Assembly (NCBI GenBank): GCA_947589475.1
Contig: CANQBO010000001.1
Coordinates: forward strand, 149,136 to 213,135
Origin: an uncultured Clostridia bacterium
Lineage (GTDB): Bacteria; Bacillota; Clostridia; Christensenellales; CAG-917
Direction of reading: 5' to 3'
Length of the DNA stretch: 64,000 bases
The notes beneath the pieces were generated by a model. That model ran no database searches. It was not told the DNA's origin and saw only the letters and a program-made list of their open reading frames with translations. Position numbers and translations under genes: made by a program. Each line of letters begins with the position of its first letter. Positions within the stretch are counted from its first letter, which is position 1. Below, one piece after another: positions 26,907 through 36,189 of this stretch.

Positions 26907-28594
26907 TTTTTTATTAAAAACTCCTCGTGTTTGTCGGGCGTCGCCAAAATCGTCTTATAGTTGACGTAAATGACCTGCCCCGGGTGTCCGCCCGGTTGAC
27001 GCTTGACGTTTCTGCGCTCGGTATAGTCGACGTCGAAGCTCGCGTTCTTTGTGCTTGCTGTGATCTCGGCGGCTGTTTTGAGCACTCTGTCGGGGACGGG
27101 GCGACCGTCGACGATTATTATCGTATGCGCGCCGTGCTCCGCCTTAAGATGCATCCAAATGTCGTTTGATGAGGCGATCTTGAATGTAAGCTCGTCGTTT
27201 TGCAGATTGTTTTTCCCGCGATAGATGTAAAATCCGTCCACAAGATAGACGTAGGGCGGGTCGGGCTGTTCCTTGCGCACTTTTCCTTTTTGCTTAGGCT
27301 TGTTTTTGGAACCTGTAACAGCGGCAATTTCCTCCTCTATGGGGGCGAGGGAAGCGTCATAGGGCAGGTGCTCAAGCTCGTCCTCTATCGAGAGCACATA
27401 TGAAAGCAACTCCCTGTCCTCCACAAGCTTTTTGCTCACAAACTCCTTTGTGCGCTTGAGCTTGTTGTACTTTGCATAGTAGTTTGCGGCGTTGCGCGAG
27501 GGCGGAAGTTTGACGTCCAGCGGAATGTCGACCTCTTTGCCTTGATAATAATCGAAGCAATGCAGGACGTCGTCGCCGCGCTTTAGGGCATAGATGTTGT
27601 TTATGATAAGCTCCCCCCAAATGCGATATTTTTCCATATCCTCGCATTCCTTGAGCTTTTGCAGGTCGTCCGCGATGTTCTTCTGTATGCGCTGTACGGA
27701 GCGCTTTACTTGAGAGGATAGCGACTTCATCCTCGCCTTGTTGCGGTTGTCGCGATCGAGGGAGGTGTAAATGAAGTCGTACGCTTCGCTCATAGTGTCA
27801 AAGCGTTGCACGTTGTCGCCCTGCGCCAAACTCCTGTAGACGGTGGGGTAGACTTCGCCCGCAATTATGCAGGGTTCGGGGGTGAGAGTGCGGAATTGCA
27901 GAAGCGTTCTGTCGAGAGACTCCCGCGCTCTCTCCGTGAGGGCGGACGTCATATCCTCTATGCCCGCACGGGTGAGAAGCTCCTCCACGGTAGCGCCCGA
28001 AAAGCCCGAAATGTTCGACATTATGTATTTCCTGAGATCCCCGCCCTTAAAGGCGTCCAAAACCGCAGAACAGTCGTTCAGATAGCTTATTTTCGGTTGC
28101 GGGACAGGGGAATACTTCACGCCGCGCAACACGACGTGACTGCGCTGTATGTCGAGGGGAAGATGCTTTATCGCGTCCAACACGACGAGATCCTCGTCCG
28201 TGAATACGAGGTTGGAATATCTGTTCATGATCTCGACGAACATAAAATAGACCGCGTCGTCCTTAAGCTCCGTTTTGGCGTTGAATTTGACGCGGATTAT
28301 CCTGTCCGAACCGTATATCGACACGCTGTCTATGCTTGCTACGCTCAGATATTTCCTGAGCAACATGAGCATGGCGGGCGCGACGACGGGACTTTGCTTT
28401 TTCGAGACTGTGAGATGAAGCCTGGGCGTCTGCGCGTTGCAGGACATCACAAGGCATTGATTTTTTCCTTGAGCGCGCACGAAAAAACGCAACTCGTCCG
28501 CTTCGGGCTGTTGTATTTTGTCTATTCTCGCGCCTTTGAGCGCGACGTTCAGCTCGTCGGCAAGTGCCTTGAGTGCAAACAAATCGCTTCCCAT
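26903..28594 (-). CDS. rqcH: ribosome quality control protein RqcH (NFACT / FbpA family)
   Basis: NFACT-N (LFALKALADELNVALKGARIDKIQQP), a coiled-coil middle region and an NFACT-R/DUF814 region (DIWMHLKAEHGAHTIII). Confidence 0.9.
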   Translation of the reverse strand: MGSDLFALKALADELNVALKGARIDKIQQPEADELRFFVRAQGKNQCLVMSCNAQTPRLHLTVSKKQSPVVAPAMLMLLRKYLSVASIDSVSIYGSDRIIRVKFNAKTELKDDAVYFMFVEIMNRYSNLVFTDEDLVVLDAIKHLPLDIQRSHVVLRGVKYSPVPQPKISYLNDCSAVLDAFKGGDLRKYIMSNISGFSGATVEELLTRAGIEDMTSALTERARESLDRTLLQFRTLTPEPCIIAGEVYPTVYRSLAQGDNVQRFDTMSEAYDFIYTSLDRDNRNKARMKSLSSQVKRSVQRIQKNIADDLQKLKECEDMEKYRIWGELIINNIYALKRGDDVLHCFDYYQGKEVDIPLDVKLPPSRNAANYYAKYNKLKRTKEFVSKKLVEDRELLSYVLSIEDELEHLPYDASLAPIEEEIAAVTGSKNKPKQKGKVRKEQPDPPYVYLVDGFYIYRGKNNLQNDELTFKIASSNDIWMHLKAEHGAHTIIIVDGRPVPDRVLKTAAEITASTKNASFDVDYTERRNVKRQPGGHPGQVIYVNYKTILATPDKHEEFLIKK

Positions 28595-28728
28595 AGCTAT
28601 ATGCTAACATCATTTTTGTGAATTTTCAACAGTGTTTGCCGATTTTTATGTTGCATTTTGATTTATCATCTGTTATAATCTCTATTACTTGTGAAATTAT
28701 TATGTGCCTAAAGGCATTTGGAGGAGCA

Positions 28729-30210
28729 ATGAACTTTACACTTGAGAAGCTCGAAAAGAGCCAAATCAAATTTTTCTACACCGCTTCAAGCGACGAGTAC
28801 AACGAGACCGTCAACGCCGTCTACAACAAGACGAAGGGCAAGTATGCCATTCCCGGTTTCAGAAAGGGACACGCCCCGCGCAAAGTCATCGAGGGCATGT
28901 ACGGTCCCTATGTGTTCTTCTCGGACGCGGTAAACGAACTTGTCGACAAAGCTTTGAGTGAGCTTGACGCGTCGAAGGAATACGACATCGTATCCGTCGA
29001 CAACGTGGACGACGTGGATATGACGGAGGACGGCGGGGTCAAATTCACCCTTCTCGTCACTGTGAAGCCCGAAGTCAAGCTCGGCGAGTACAGAGGTATG
29101 GGCGTCGAGAAAGAGGAAGAAGAAGTCACCGATAAAGACGTCGACGAATATATCGGCAATCAACAGCTCAAGCAGGCGCGCTTTATCGACGTCGATACGG
29201 CGGCAGAGATGGGCAACACCGTCACGATCGACTTCGTCGGCAGACACGACGGAGTGGAATTCGAGGGCGGCGCAGGCACCGATTACGACCTCGAGCTGGG
29301 TTCGGGCACATTCATCCCCGGGTTTGAGGAACAGCTTGTCGGCTTAAAGGCGGGCGATGTCAAGGACGTAAACGTGACATTCCCCGCGGAATATCAGGCG
29401 GAGGAGCTTGCGGGCAAGGAAGCCGTGTTCGCCTGCACCGTAAAAGCCGTCAAGAAGAAGGAACTTCCCGCGCTCGACGACGAGTTTGCAAAGGATATTT
29501 CCGAGTTTTCCACATTCGAGGAGTACAAAGCGGACGTGCGCGCTACCCTCGAAAAGCAAGCCAAAGAGCGCAGTGACCGCGCATATGAGGACGCAATAGC
29601 GGACAAACTTGTCGAACTTAGCGAGGTCGAGATCCCCGACAGCATGATAGAGCGCGAGGCGGAGGACATGGTCCGCGATTTCGAGACGCGCCTCTCTTAT
29701 CAGGGACTTAAGCTTGAGCAATATCTCGAATACGTGCAGATGACGAAGGAACAACTCCTCGACGAGTACAGAAAGACCGCGGGGGAGAGAGTTAAGATCC
29801 GCCTCGTCATGGAAGCTGTGATAGAAAAAGAAAACTTGCAAATTTCCGACGACGAGATAAACGCGAAGATCGCCGAGATCGCGGAGGAAAACTCGATGAC
29901 GGAGGAGGAGTATCGCAAAAACCTCAATCGCGACGAATTCGAGTACATCATCAATTCCGTCATGTCCGCAAAGCTCATAGCCTTGCTCAGAGAGTGCAAC
30001 GAAGCGCCCGCTCCCGAAGCGGCTCCCGCAAAGAAGCCCTCAAAGAAGAAGGCGGCAAAGAGCGAGGACGCAAAGCCTCAAGATGAAGCGGCAAGCGAGG
30101 AAACCCCCAAGCAGGAAGAGGAAGCTCCCAAGGAGGAGGCTCCTAAAAAGAAGGCTCCCGCCAAAAAAACAACAAAAAAAGCAGAGCCTAAGGACGGAGA
30201 GGCAGAATAA
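28729..30210 (+). CDS. tig: trigger factor with Lys/Glu/Pro-rich C-terminal tail
   Basis: N-terminal ribosome-binding domain (GFRKGHAPRKVIE) and FKBP PPIase (VTIDFVGRHDGVEFEGG). GGAGGAGCA RBS before ATG 28729. Confidence 0.9.
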   Translation: MNFTLEKLEKSQIKFFYTASSDEYNETVNAVYNKTKGKYAIPGFRKGHAPRKVIEGMYGPYVFFSDAVNELVDKALSELDASKEYDIVSVDNVDDVDMTEDGGVKFTLLVTVKPEVKLGEYRGMGVEKEEEEVTDKDVDEYIGNQQLKQARFIDVDTAAEMGNTVTIDFVGRHDGVEFEGGAGTDYDLELGSGTFIPGFEEQLVGLKAGDVKDVNVTFPAEYQAEELAGKEAVFACTVKAVKKKELPALDDEFAKDISEFSTFEEYKADVRATLEKQAKERSDRAYEDAIADKLVELSEVEIPDSMIEREAEDMVRDFETRLSYQGLKLEQYLEYVQMTKEQLLDEYRKTAGERVKIRLVMEAVIEKENLQISDDEINAKIAEIAEENSMTEEEYRKNLNRDEFEYIINSVMSAKLIALLRECNEAPAPEAAPAKKPSKKKAAKSEDAKPQDEAASEETPKQEEEAPKEEAPKKKAPAKKTTKKAEPKDGEAE

Positions 30211-30287
30211 ACCTTTCGCTAAATGTGTAAAATAAAATAACTGCCATTATCATGGCGGCCGACTCAGTCGGATACGGAGGAATTATT

Positions 30288-30887
30288 ATGGAAATAATCA
30301 GAAATCAAGTTGTCCCCTATGTTGTGGAGCAGACGGGAAGAGGCGAACGCACATACGACATTTACAGCCGCCTCCTCGAGGATAGGATCATCTTCCTCAC
30401 GGGCGAAGTCAACGACGTTACGGCGGATCTTATAGTCGCTCAGCTCATCTATCTCGAGGGCAAGGACGCAACAAAGGATATAAGCCTGTACATCAACAGC
30501 CCCGGCGGTTCGGTGAGCGCGGGATTTGCAATCTACGACACGATGAATTACATCAAGTGCGACGTTTCGACTATATGCATAGGTCTCGCCGCCTCTATGG
30601 GCGCATTCCTGCTTTCTTCGGGCGCGAAGGGCAAGAGATATGCGCTTCCCAATTCCGAGATCATGATACATCAGCCTCTCGGCGGCGCGCAGGGTCAGGC
30701 GAGCGATATTGCAATACAGGCAAACGCCATTTTGAGGACGAAGAAGCGCCTCAACACCATCCTTGCCCAAAATACGTCTCAACCCATCGAGAAGATCGAG
30801 ATCGATACGGACAGGGACAACTTTATGAACGCCGAAGAAGCGTTGGCATACGGACTTGTGGACAAGATATTCTACACAAGGAAGTAA
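30288..30887 (+). CDS. clpP: ATP-dependent Clp protease proteolytic subunit
   Basis: [26 protein letters not shown] (Ser) and MIHQPLGG (His). Confidence 0.95.
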   Translation: MEIIRNQVVPYVVEQTGRGERTYDIYSRLLEDRIIFLTGEVNDVTADLIVAQLIYLEGKDATKDISLYINSPGGSVSAGFAIYDTMNYIKCDVSTICIGLAASMGAFLLSSGAKGKRYALPNSEIMIHQPLGGAQGQASDIAIQANAILRTKKRLNTILAQNTSQPIEKIEIDTDRDNFMNAEEALAYGLVDKIFYTRK

Positions 30888-30920
30888 AAAATCTCATAGA
30901 CATAGCTTTCAAGAGGGCAT

Positions 30921-32171
30921 ATGGATAAATATAGCAGGAAACAGATATGCAGCTTTTGCGGCAAGAGCGAGGACGAGGTCGAAAAACTCATAAGCGGTCC
31001 AAACGACGTCAACATCTGCAACGAGTGCGTCGAAGTGTGCGAGTTGATAATGTCGGGCAGTCGCAAAGAGGACAATACGGGACTTAGTCTGTATACTCCC
31101 GCAGAGATCAAGCAAAAGCTGGATGAGTACATCATCGGTCAGGAGAGCGCAAAAAAGGTGCTCTCCGTCGCGGTGTACAATCACTATAAGCGCATAAACC
31201 GCATGCGCAGCGGCGCGCAGGACGACGACGTCATGATCGAGAAGAGCAACGTGTTGCTTTTGGGGCCTACGGGTTCGGGCAAGACTCTGCTTGCAAAGAC
31301 GCTTGCGAAGATACTCAACGTGCCGTTTGCCGTCGCGGACGCGACTACGCTCACCGAGGCGGGCTATGTCGGCGAGGACGTCGAAAACATTCTGCTCAAG
31401 CTTATTCAAGCGGCGGACGGCGACCTTAAACGCGCCGAGATAGGCATCGTCTACATCGACGAGATAGACAAGATCGCAAAGAAGGGCGAGAATGTATCCA
31501 TTACGCGCGACGTGAGCGGCGAGGGCGTCCAGCAAGCTCTGCTCAAGATAATAGAGGGCACAGTTGCAAACGTCCCTCCGCAGGGCGGCAGAAAACATCC
31601 GAATCAGGAGTGTTATCAGCTTGACACAACAAATATACTGTTCCTTTTGGGCGGCGCGTTTGTCGATCTCGACAAGATAATCGACAATCGCAAGGACAGC
31701 TCAAAACTCGGCTTCGGTTCCGCCGTCAAGGGCACAAAGGACTATCGCTATGACGAGCTTATACGCGATCTACAGCCCGCGGACCTCATCAAATACGGAC
31801 TCATCCCCGAATTCGTGGGAAGAGTGCCCATAGTCGTCGGTCTCAACGCGCTTGACGAGGAAGCGCTTGTCAAGATACTCACCGAGCCTAAAAACGCGCT
31901 TGTAAAGCAGTATAAGACGCAGTTTGAGATAGACGGCGTCGAACTTGAGTTTGAGGACGAGGCGGTCAGAGCGGTCGCAAACAAGGCGATACGGCTGGAT
32001 ACGGGCGCGCGCGGACTCAGAGCGATACTAGAGGACGTGCTTTTGGACCTGATGTACGAGATACCTTCCGAGCGCGATGTGGAAAAAGTCATAGTGACAA
32101 GGGACTCGATAGACAAAAAGACAAAGCCCGTCGTCGTGAAAAAGCGGATCGGCGAGGACAAGCTCGCTTGA
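30921..32171 (+). CDS. clpX: ATP-dependent Clp protease ATP-binding subunit ClpX
   Basis: Zinc ribbon CSFCGK...CNEC, Walker A GPTGSGKT and Walker [10 protein letters not shown]. Confidence 0.95.
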   Translation: MDKYSRKQICSFCGKSEDEVEKLISGPNDVNICNECVEVCELIMSGSRKEDNTGLSLYTPAEIKQKLDEYIIGQESAKKVLSVAVYNHYKRINRMRSGAQDDDVMIEKSNVLLLGPTGSGKTLLAKTLAKILNVPFAVADATTLTEAGYVGEDVENILLKLIQAADGDLKRAEIGIVYIDEIDKIAKKGENVSITRDVSGEGVQQALLKIIEGTVANVPPQGGRKHPNQECYQLDTTNILFLLGGAFVDLDKIIDNRKDSSKLGFGSAVKGTKDYRYDELIRDLQPADLIKYGLIPEFVGRVPIVVGLNALDEEALVKILTEPKNALVKQYKTQFEIDGVELEFEDEAVRAVANKAIRLDTGARGLRAILEDVLLDLMYEIPSERDVEKVIVTRDSIDKKTKPVVVKKRIGEDKLA

Positions 32172-32246
32172 CGAGGAAGCGCATTCCCAAACGGAAATGC
32201 GCTTTTTCATAGTCAAACGAGACTATTTTTCAAAATACGTCGGAGA

Positions 32247-32849
32247 ATGATCATGATCAAACAGGCAAAATTTGTGACATCCGTCGCGGACGCAGGCAAG
32301 CTCCCCGACTTCGGCGCGCCCGAGATCGCCATCGCGGGCAGATCCAACGTCGGGAAATCCTCGTTTATAAACATGCTCACGGGACAGGGGAAACTTGCTC
32401 GCACCTCATCCGAACCGGGCAGGACGAGGCTCATCAACTTTTTCGAGATAAACAAGGGGGAGTACTACTTCGCGGATCTTCCCGGGTACGGCTTTGCAAA
32501 GGTAAGCAGGGCGGAGAAGGATAAGTGGGGCGCCCTCATCGAAAACTATCTGAGCAAAAGCGAAAATCTCATCAACGTGTTCGTGCTTGTGGACTTGAGG
32601 CATGAGCCGACGGACGACGATAAACTTCTTCTGAACTATCTGTACGCCTATTCGATACCCTTTACCATCATAGCGACAAAGGCGGACAAGCTGTCCCGCC
32701 TTCAGCAGGGAAAGTGCAGACAGATCGTGGCAAACGCTTTGGGCGTAGGCACGTCCGACGTGATCGTCACTTCGTCCGAAAAGGGAATGGGAAAGCAGGA
32801 AGTATTCGAGCGGATAGACAGGTTGCTGGAGACGGCAAGCAAGTTGTAA
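32247..32849 (+). CDS. engB: ribosome biogenesis GTPase EngB/YsxC
   Basis: G1 GRSNVGKSS, G3 DLPGYGFA and G4 TKADK. Confidence 0.9.
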   Translation: MIMIKQAKFVTSVADAGKLPDFGAPEIAIAGRSNVGKSSFINMLTGQGKLARTSSEPGRTRLINFFEINKGEYYFADLPGYGFAKVSRAEKDKWGALIENYLSKSENLINVFVLVDLRHEPTDDDKLLLNYLYAYSIPFTIIATKADKLSRLQQGKCRQIVANALGVGTSDVIVTSSEKGMGKQEVFERIDRLLETASKL

Positions 32850-32918
32850 TCTGCCTAAAATATCGTAAAACAAGTCGAAACTATTCCAAAATATTTGACA
32901 ATTTAGAATACTATACTT

Positions 32919-32948
32919 AAAAAAATCGCGCTGTAGGGCGCGGTTTTT
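32919..32948. terminator. bidirectional terminator between engB and the phosphoesterase gene
   Basis: A7 - TCGCGC/GCGCGG stem - T5. Confidence 0.6.
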
Positions 32949-32961
32949 GATATTTGCGAGT

Positions 32962-33729
32962 TTAAATTTCAAGGACGAATTGCAACTTGTTTCCTATAAG
33001 ATCACATGAAGTCAAGATGTATTCTATGCCGTTTTTTGCAAGTCTCAACGTGACCCTTGCGCCCTTGCCGTGAAGATGTCCGTACAGCGCGTGCTTGACC
33101 CCGTAGCTTTCGAGCAATTCGGTGACGGCGGTCGAGGCATAGTCCGCGTCAAAGGGCGGGTAGTGTAACAGCGCAATGAGAATGTCGCCGTCCTTCATCA
33201 GCGCCTTCGCCGAGGACAGGGAAAGCTCCAATCGTTTGAGTTCGTGCTCATAAATCTTTACGTCCTGCTCAGAGCTGTCGCTTGTCGGAATATTCCAGCC
33301 TCTCGAGCCTGCGATGACGACGCCCCGCTCCTCGCGAGAGGAAAGTTCGCCCTTTTTGCGCGCCGCCGTAGCGTAGCGGTAGCTTGTGCCGTCGCCCATT
33401 ATGCGAAAGGCGTTGTTTTGCAAAAACATAAAGTTTTTGAAGCGTTCTTGCATCTTGCTAAGCGACGACCAATAGTAGTCGTGATTGCCTTTGCCCACAA
33501 GCTTTATGCCCGGCAGGGCTTCCACAAGCGCATAGTCGGGCGCGGCTTCGGCGAGCGTCATGCCCCACGACATATCTCCGCCAAGCAAAACGAGGTCCCC
33601 GTCCGAGACCTTCTCCCGCCAATCCTCGCATATCTTCTCGAAGTGATTTTCCCAACCCGCGCCGAAGATGTCCATAGGTTTCTCGACGGCGGTGGAAAGA
33701 TGCAGATCGCTTATCGCAAACACTTTCAT
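32962..33729 (-). CDS. metallophosphoesterase
   Basis: ISDLHL, LLGGDMSWG, GKGNHDYYW and YGHLHG, the calcineurin-like motifs. Confidence 0.85.
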   Translation of the reverse strand: MKVFAISDLHLSTAVEKPMDIFGAGWENHFEKICEDWREKVSDGDLVLLGGDMSWGMTLAEAAPDYALVEALPGIKLVGKGNHDYYWSSLSKMQERFKNFMFLQNNAFRIMGDGTSYRYATAARKKGELSSREERGVVIAGSRGWNIPTSDSSEQDVKIYEHELKRLELSLSSAKALMKDGDILIALLHYPPFDADYASTAVTELLESYGVKHALYGHLHGKGARVTLRLAKNGIEYILTSCDLIGNKLQFVLEI

Positions 33730-33770
33730 ATATTTATAATATCATAATAACTATTCTTTTTCAACTTTAT

Positions 33771-33803
33771 AAAAAAAATAATGCCCGCCCTAAGACGGAC
33801 ATT
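33771..33803 (-). terminator. rho-independent terminator of the Cys-bracketed protein gene
   Basis: On the minus strand, an AATGTCCGTC/GGCGGGCATT stem (8 of 10 bp) is followed by a T-run. Confidence 0.6.
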
Positions 33804-33819
33804 ACTTTTCGCATGTCGA

Positions 33820-34452
33820 TCATACGGGGAATATCGGCAGATCGAACACTCCTTGACATGCGTCCTGCGAAAACTCCGTGCACTGCGGTATTTTGCAGTA
33901 GCCGTAGGATGGGATGAGCAGGTTTACATCCGCTTGCACCTTGAGTATGACGGTTATGCAACTTGTAATCGAGAATGTGTAGTCCGAGACATATGTACCT
34001 CTCGGCGCCGCCATATTCACGGTTGCGGCGATGACGGGGGAAATGACGCTTCCCGTCGGGACGCACATGATGACGTCCTCCGTCACAGATACCGTGCTTA
34101 CGCCCACGCCCGCGACTCCGTTCGCGTCCGTATACGCAATTTGTACGGGGATAGAGACCGTCGTCGTCACTCTGCTAAGCCCGGGACGATCGGATATGGG
34201 CGTTATCGTGAGCGCGGTTATCGTGCCTACGCTCGACGTCGACGACCCGCTGACAAAGGTCAGGGGAAGGGCGGGAGACGCGGGCGTAAGATTTGTGAGC
34301 GTCACGGTGCTGTCAAGGCTTGTCTGAAGCATGCACGCGTCGAATATCTTCGTTGTTTGCACGCACACCTTTTCGCACAGTCCGTTGAGCGGATTTCCGT
34401 TGATGCTTCCGGGGCACCCCGCGTTTTGATTGTTGTTATTGCAAAAAGACAT
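33820..34452 (-). CDS. orphan Cys-bracketed, Thr/Ser/Val-rich predicted beta protein (candidate spore surface structural protein)
   Basis: 210 aa with a strong RBS (AAAAGGAGG, 5 nt before the ATG) and its own terminator. Cys clusters occur at the N-terminus (CNNNNQNAGC, LCEKVCV, DAC) and C-terminus (YGYCKIPQCTEFSQDAC). No signal peptide or TM helix. No family recognised. Confidence 0.7.
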   Translation of the reverse strand: MSFCNNNNQNAGCPGSINGNPLNGLCEKVCVQTTKIFDACMLQTSLDSTVTLTNLTPASPALPLTFVSGSSTSSVGTITALTITPISDRPGLSRVTTTVSIPVQIAYTDANGVAGVGVSTVSVTEDVIMCVPTGSVISPVIAATVNMAAPRGTYVSDYTFSITSCITVILKVQADVNLLIPSYGYCKIPQCTEFSQDACQGVFDLPIFPV

Positions 34453-34476
34453 AGCTACCTCCTTTTATTTCTTGTA

Positions 34477-34503
34477 TACAATATGCGTGGGCAAACGATT
34501 TGT
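34477..34503 (-). promoter_or_regulatory. putative mother-cell (sigmaK-like) promoter
   Basis: The minus strand reads AC - 16 nt - CATATTGTA (consensus AC-16/17-CATAnnnTA), about 25 nt upstream of the ATG. Confidence 0.35.
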
Positions 34504-34654
34504 TGAATGGACGACCATATAGGTCGAAATGATACAAAGAAAAGTAAACAAGTAAATCTATCTTTGTTTGGAAATAAGTTTACAAATCAACAATCGATTT
34601 AAAAAATTTTTTTAAATTTGTCAAAATATGCACTAAACAGCTGAAAAAAATAAA

Positions 34655-34677
34655 GTGGGTAAAAATGGGAAAAGTGC
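34655..34677 (+). promoter_or_regulatory. putative MraZ operator repeats
   Basis: GTGGG (34655-59), ATGGG (34665-69) and AGTGC (34673-77) at ~10-nt phasing, abutting the -35 box. This is the known arrangement of TGGGN direct repeats at mraZ promoters. Confidence 0.4.
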
Positions 34678-34706
34678 TTGACAGATATAAATGGCGATGA
34701 TATAAT
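34678..34706 (+). promoter_or_regulatory. sigmaA promoter of the dcw cluster (Pmra)
   Basis: Perfect TTGACA - 17 nt - TATAAT. Confidence 0.75.
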
Positions 34707-34734
34707 GTCCTCAACAATAAAAGGAGAAGTGACG

Positions 34735-35208
34735 ATGTCCGAGATCAAGTTTTCACCGATAGGTTCGCAAAGATACACCCTCGACGACAAAAATCGCGTG
34801 AGAGTTCCCGCGGAAATTTTCGCGAAGTTTTCGGACGAAGAGATCGTCATTGCTCCGGGTGTACAGGGCAACCTCAGTCTTATGACGAGGGCGGCATACG
34901 ACAGAAAATTTGCCGCGCTTGCAGAAGCAGATTATTTCGATATAGAGTTGCAAAGCAAGTATACATTTCTCTCTTCGTACTCCAAGACGGTGGAGCGCGA
35001 CACTCAAAACAGGATAGTCATCCCGCAGGACATAAAGGACGCTTTCGGGATCGCGAGGGAAGTCGTGTTTGTCGCGAAGTTCGATTTTGTAGAGATATGG
35101 CCCGCGGAGCTGTTCGACTCCAAACCCGTCGTCATGGGCGCCGAAGCGATAAGCAAGGCGATGCAAAACCTCGGCGAGCTTCTGAGGGCGCACGCCTCGA
35201 AACAATAA
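34735..35208 (+). CDS. mraZ: transcriptional regulator MraZ
   Basis: Two SpoVT/AbrB-like halves (LDDKNRVRVP and DTQNRIVIPQ). It is the first gene of the dcw cluster. AAAGGAGAAG RBS. Confidence 0.85.
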   Translation: MSEIKFSPIGSQRYTLDDKNRVRVPAEIFAKFSDEEIVIAPGVQGNLSLMTRAAYDRKFAALAEADYFDIELQSKYTFLSSYSKTVERDTQNRIVIPQDIKDAFGIAREVVFVAKFDFVEIWPAELFDSKPVVMGAEAISKAMQNLGELLRAHASKQ

Positions 35209-35212
35209 GAAT

Positions 35213-36145
35213 ATGGAATTCGCACACACTCCCGTAATGCTTAAAGAGTGCATAGATGGGCTGAACATAAGAAGCGACAAGACCTATGCGGATCTGACCG
35301 TGGGCGGCGCGGGACACTCTATAGAGATCGTCAAGCGGCTGGACGCGGGAAGGCTCATCGCCGTCGACAAGGACGAGGACGCGCTTATCGCGGCGGGGGA
35401 AAGGTTGAAGGACTATATGGACAAAGTCACGTTTGTCCATGACGATTTCAAAAATCTGCCTTCCGACCTCGACGCTCTGAAGATAGATACGCTGGACGGC
35501 GTGCTCATAGACCTCGGAGTGAGCAGTTATCAGATTGACAATCCCGAAAGGGGCTTCAGCTATATGCAGGACGCGCCGCTCGACATGAGGATGGACAGGG
35601 GACAATACCTGACCGCATTCAACATCGTAAACGAGTACAGCGCGGCGGAAATTTCCAAGATACTCTTTGAGTACGGTGAGGAAAAACTTGCGAGGCGCAT
35701 TGCGGAAAACATAATAGCTCAGAGGCAGAAGGGCACGATCGCCACGACGGGACAGCTTGCGAAGATAGTTGAGATGAGTTATCCCGCCTCAACAAGGTGG
35801 AAGTACGGACATCCCGCAAAGCGCACTTTCCAAGCGATAAGGATCGCCGTCAACGGAGAACTTACGGGGCTGGAAGAGGCAATAAAGCAGGTGGCGAGGA
35901 GACTTGCTCCCGAGGGCAGAATGGCGGTGATGACCTTCCACTCGCTCGAGGACAGGATAGTCAAAAACGCCTTTAAAGAACTCACTTCGGAGTGCATATG
36001 TCCGCCCGATATGCCGATATGCGTATGCGGACATCATAAGGAAGCGGAACTTGTCAACAAAAAGCCTATCGAGGCAAGCGAGGAAGAAAAAAAAGCAAAT
36101 TCGAGATCACTCAGCGCAAAGCTTAGGATAATAAAAAAAATATAA
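35213..36145 (+). CDS. rsmH: 16S rRNA (cytosine1402-N4)-methyltransferase
   Basis: HTPVMLKE, DLTVGGAGHS, DLGVSSYQID and FHSLEDRIVK. Confidence 0.95.
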   Translation: MEFAHTPVMLKECIDGLNIRSDKTYADLTVGGAGHSIEIVKRLDAGRLIAVDKDEDALIAAGERLKDYMDKVTFVHDDFKNLPSDLDALKIDTLDGVLIDLGVSSYQIDNPERGFSYMQDAPLDMRMDRGQYLTAFNIVNEYSAAEISKILFEYGEEKLARRIAENIIAQRQKGTIATTGQLAKIVEMSYPASTRWKYGHPAKRTFQAIRIAVNGELTGLEEAIKQVARRLAPEGRMAVMTFHSLEDRIVKNAFKELTSECICPPDMPICVCGHHKEAELVNKKPIEASEEEKKANSRSLSAKLRIIKKI

Positions 36146-36189
36146 ACACATCCGAATATCTAATCGGATAAATGTTGGGGAGAAGGGAT

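Noticed and set aside
33781-34506. 241-aa plus-strand ORF overlapping the Cys-bracketed protein gene.
   Set aside because: The product is extremely Arg-rich (RRRHIHGCGDDGGNDASRRDAHDD...) with no RBS. The minus-strand ORF has a strong RBS, a terminator and coherent composition.
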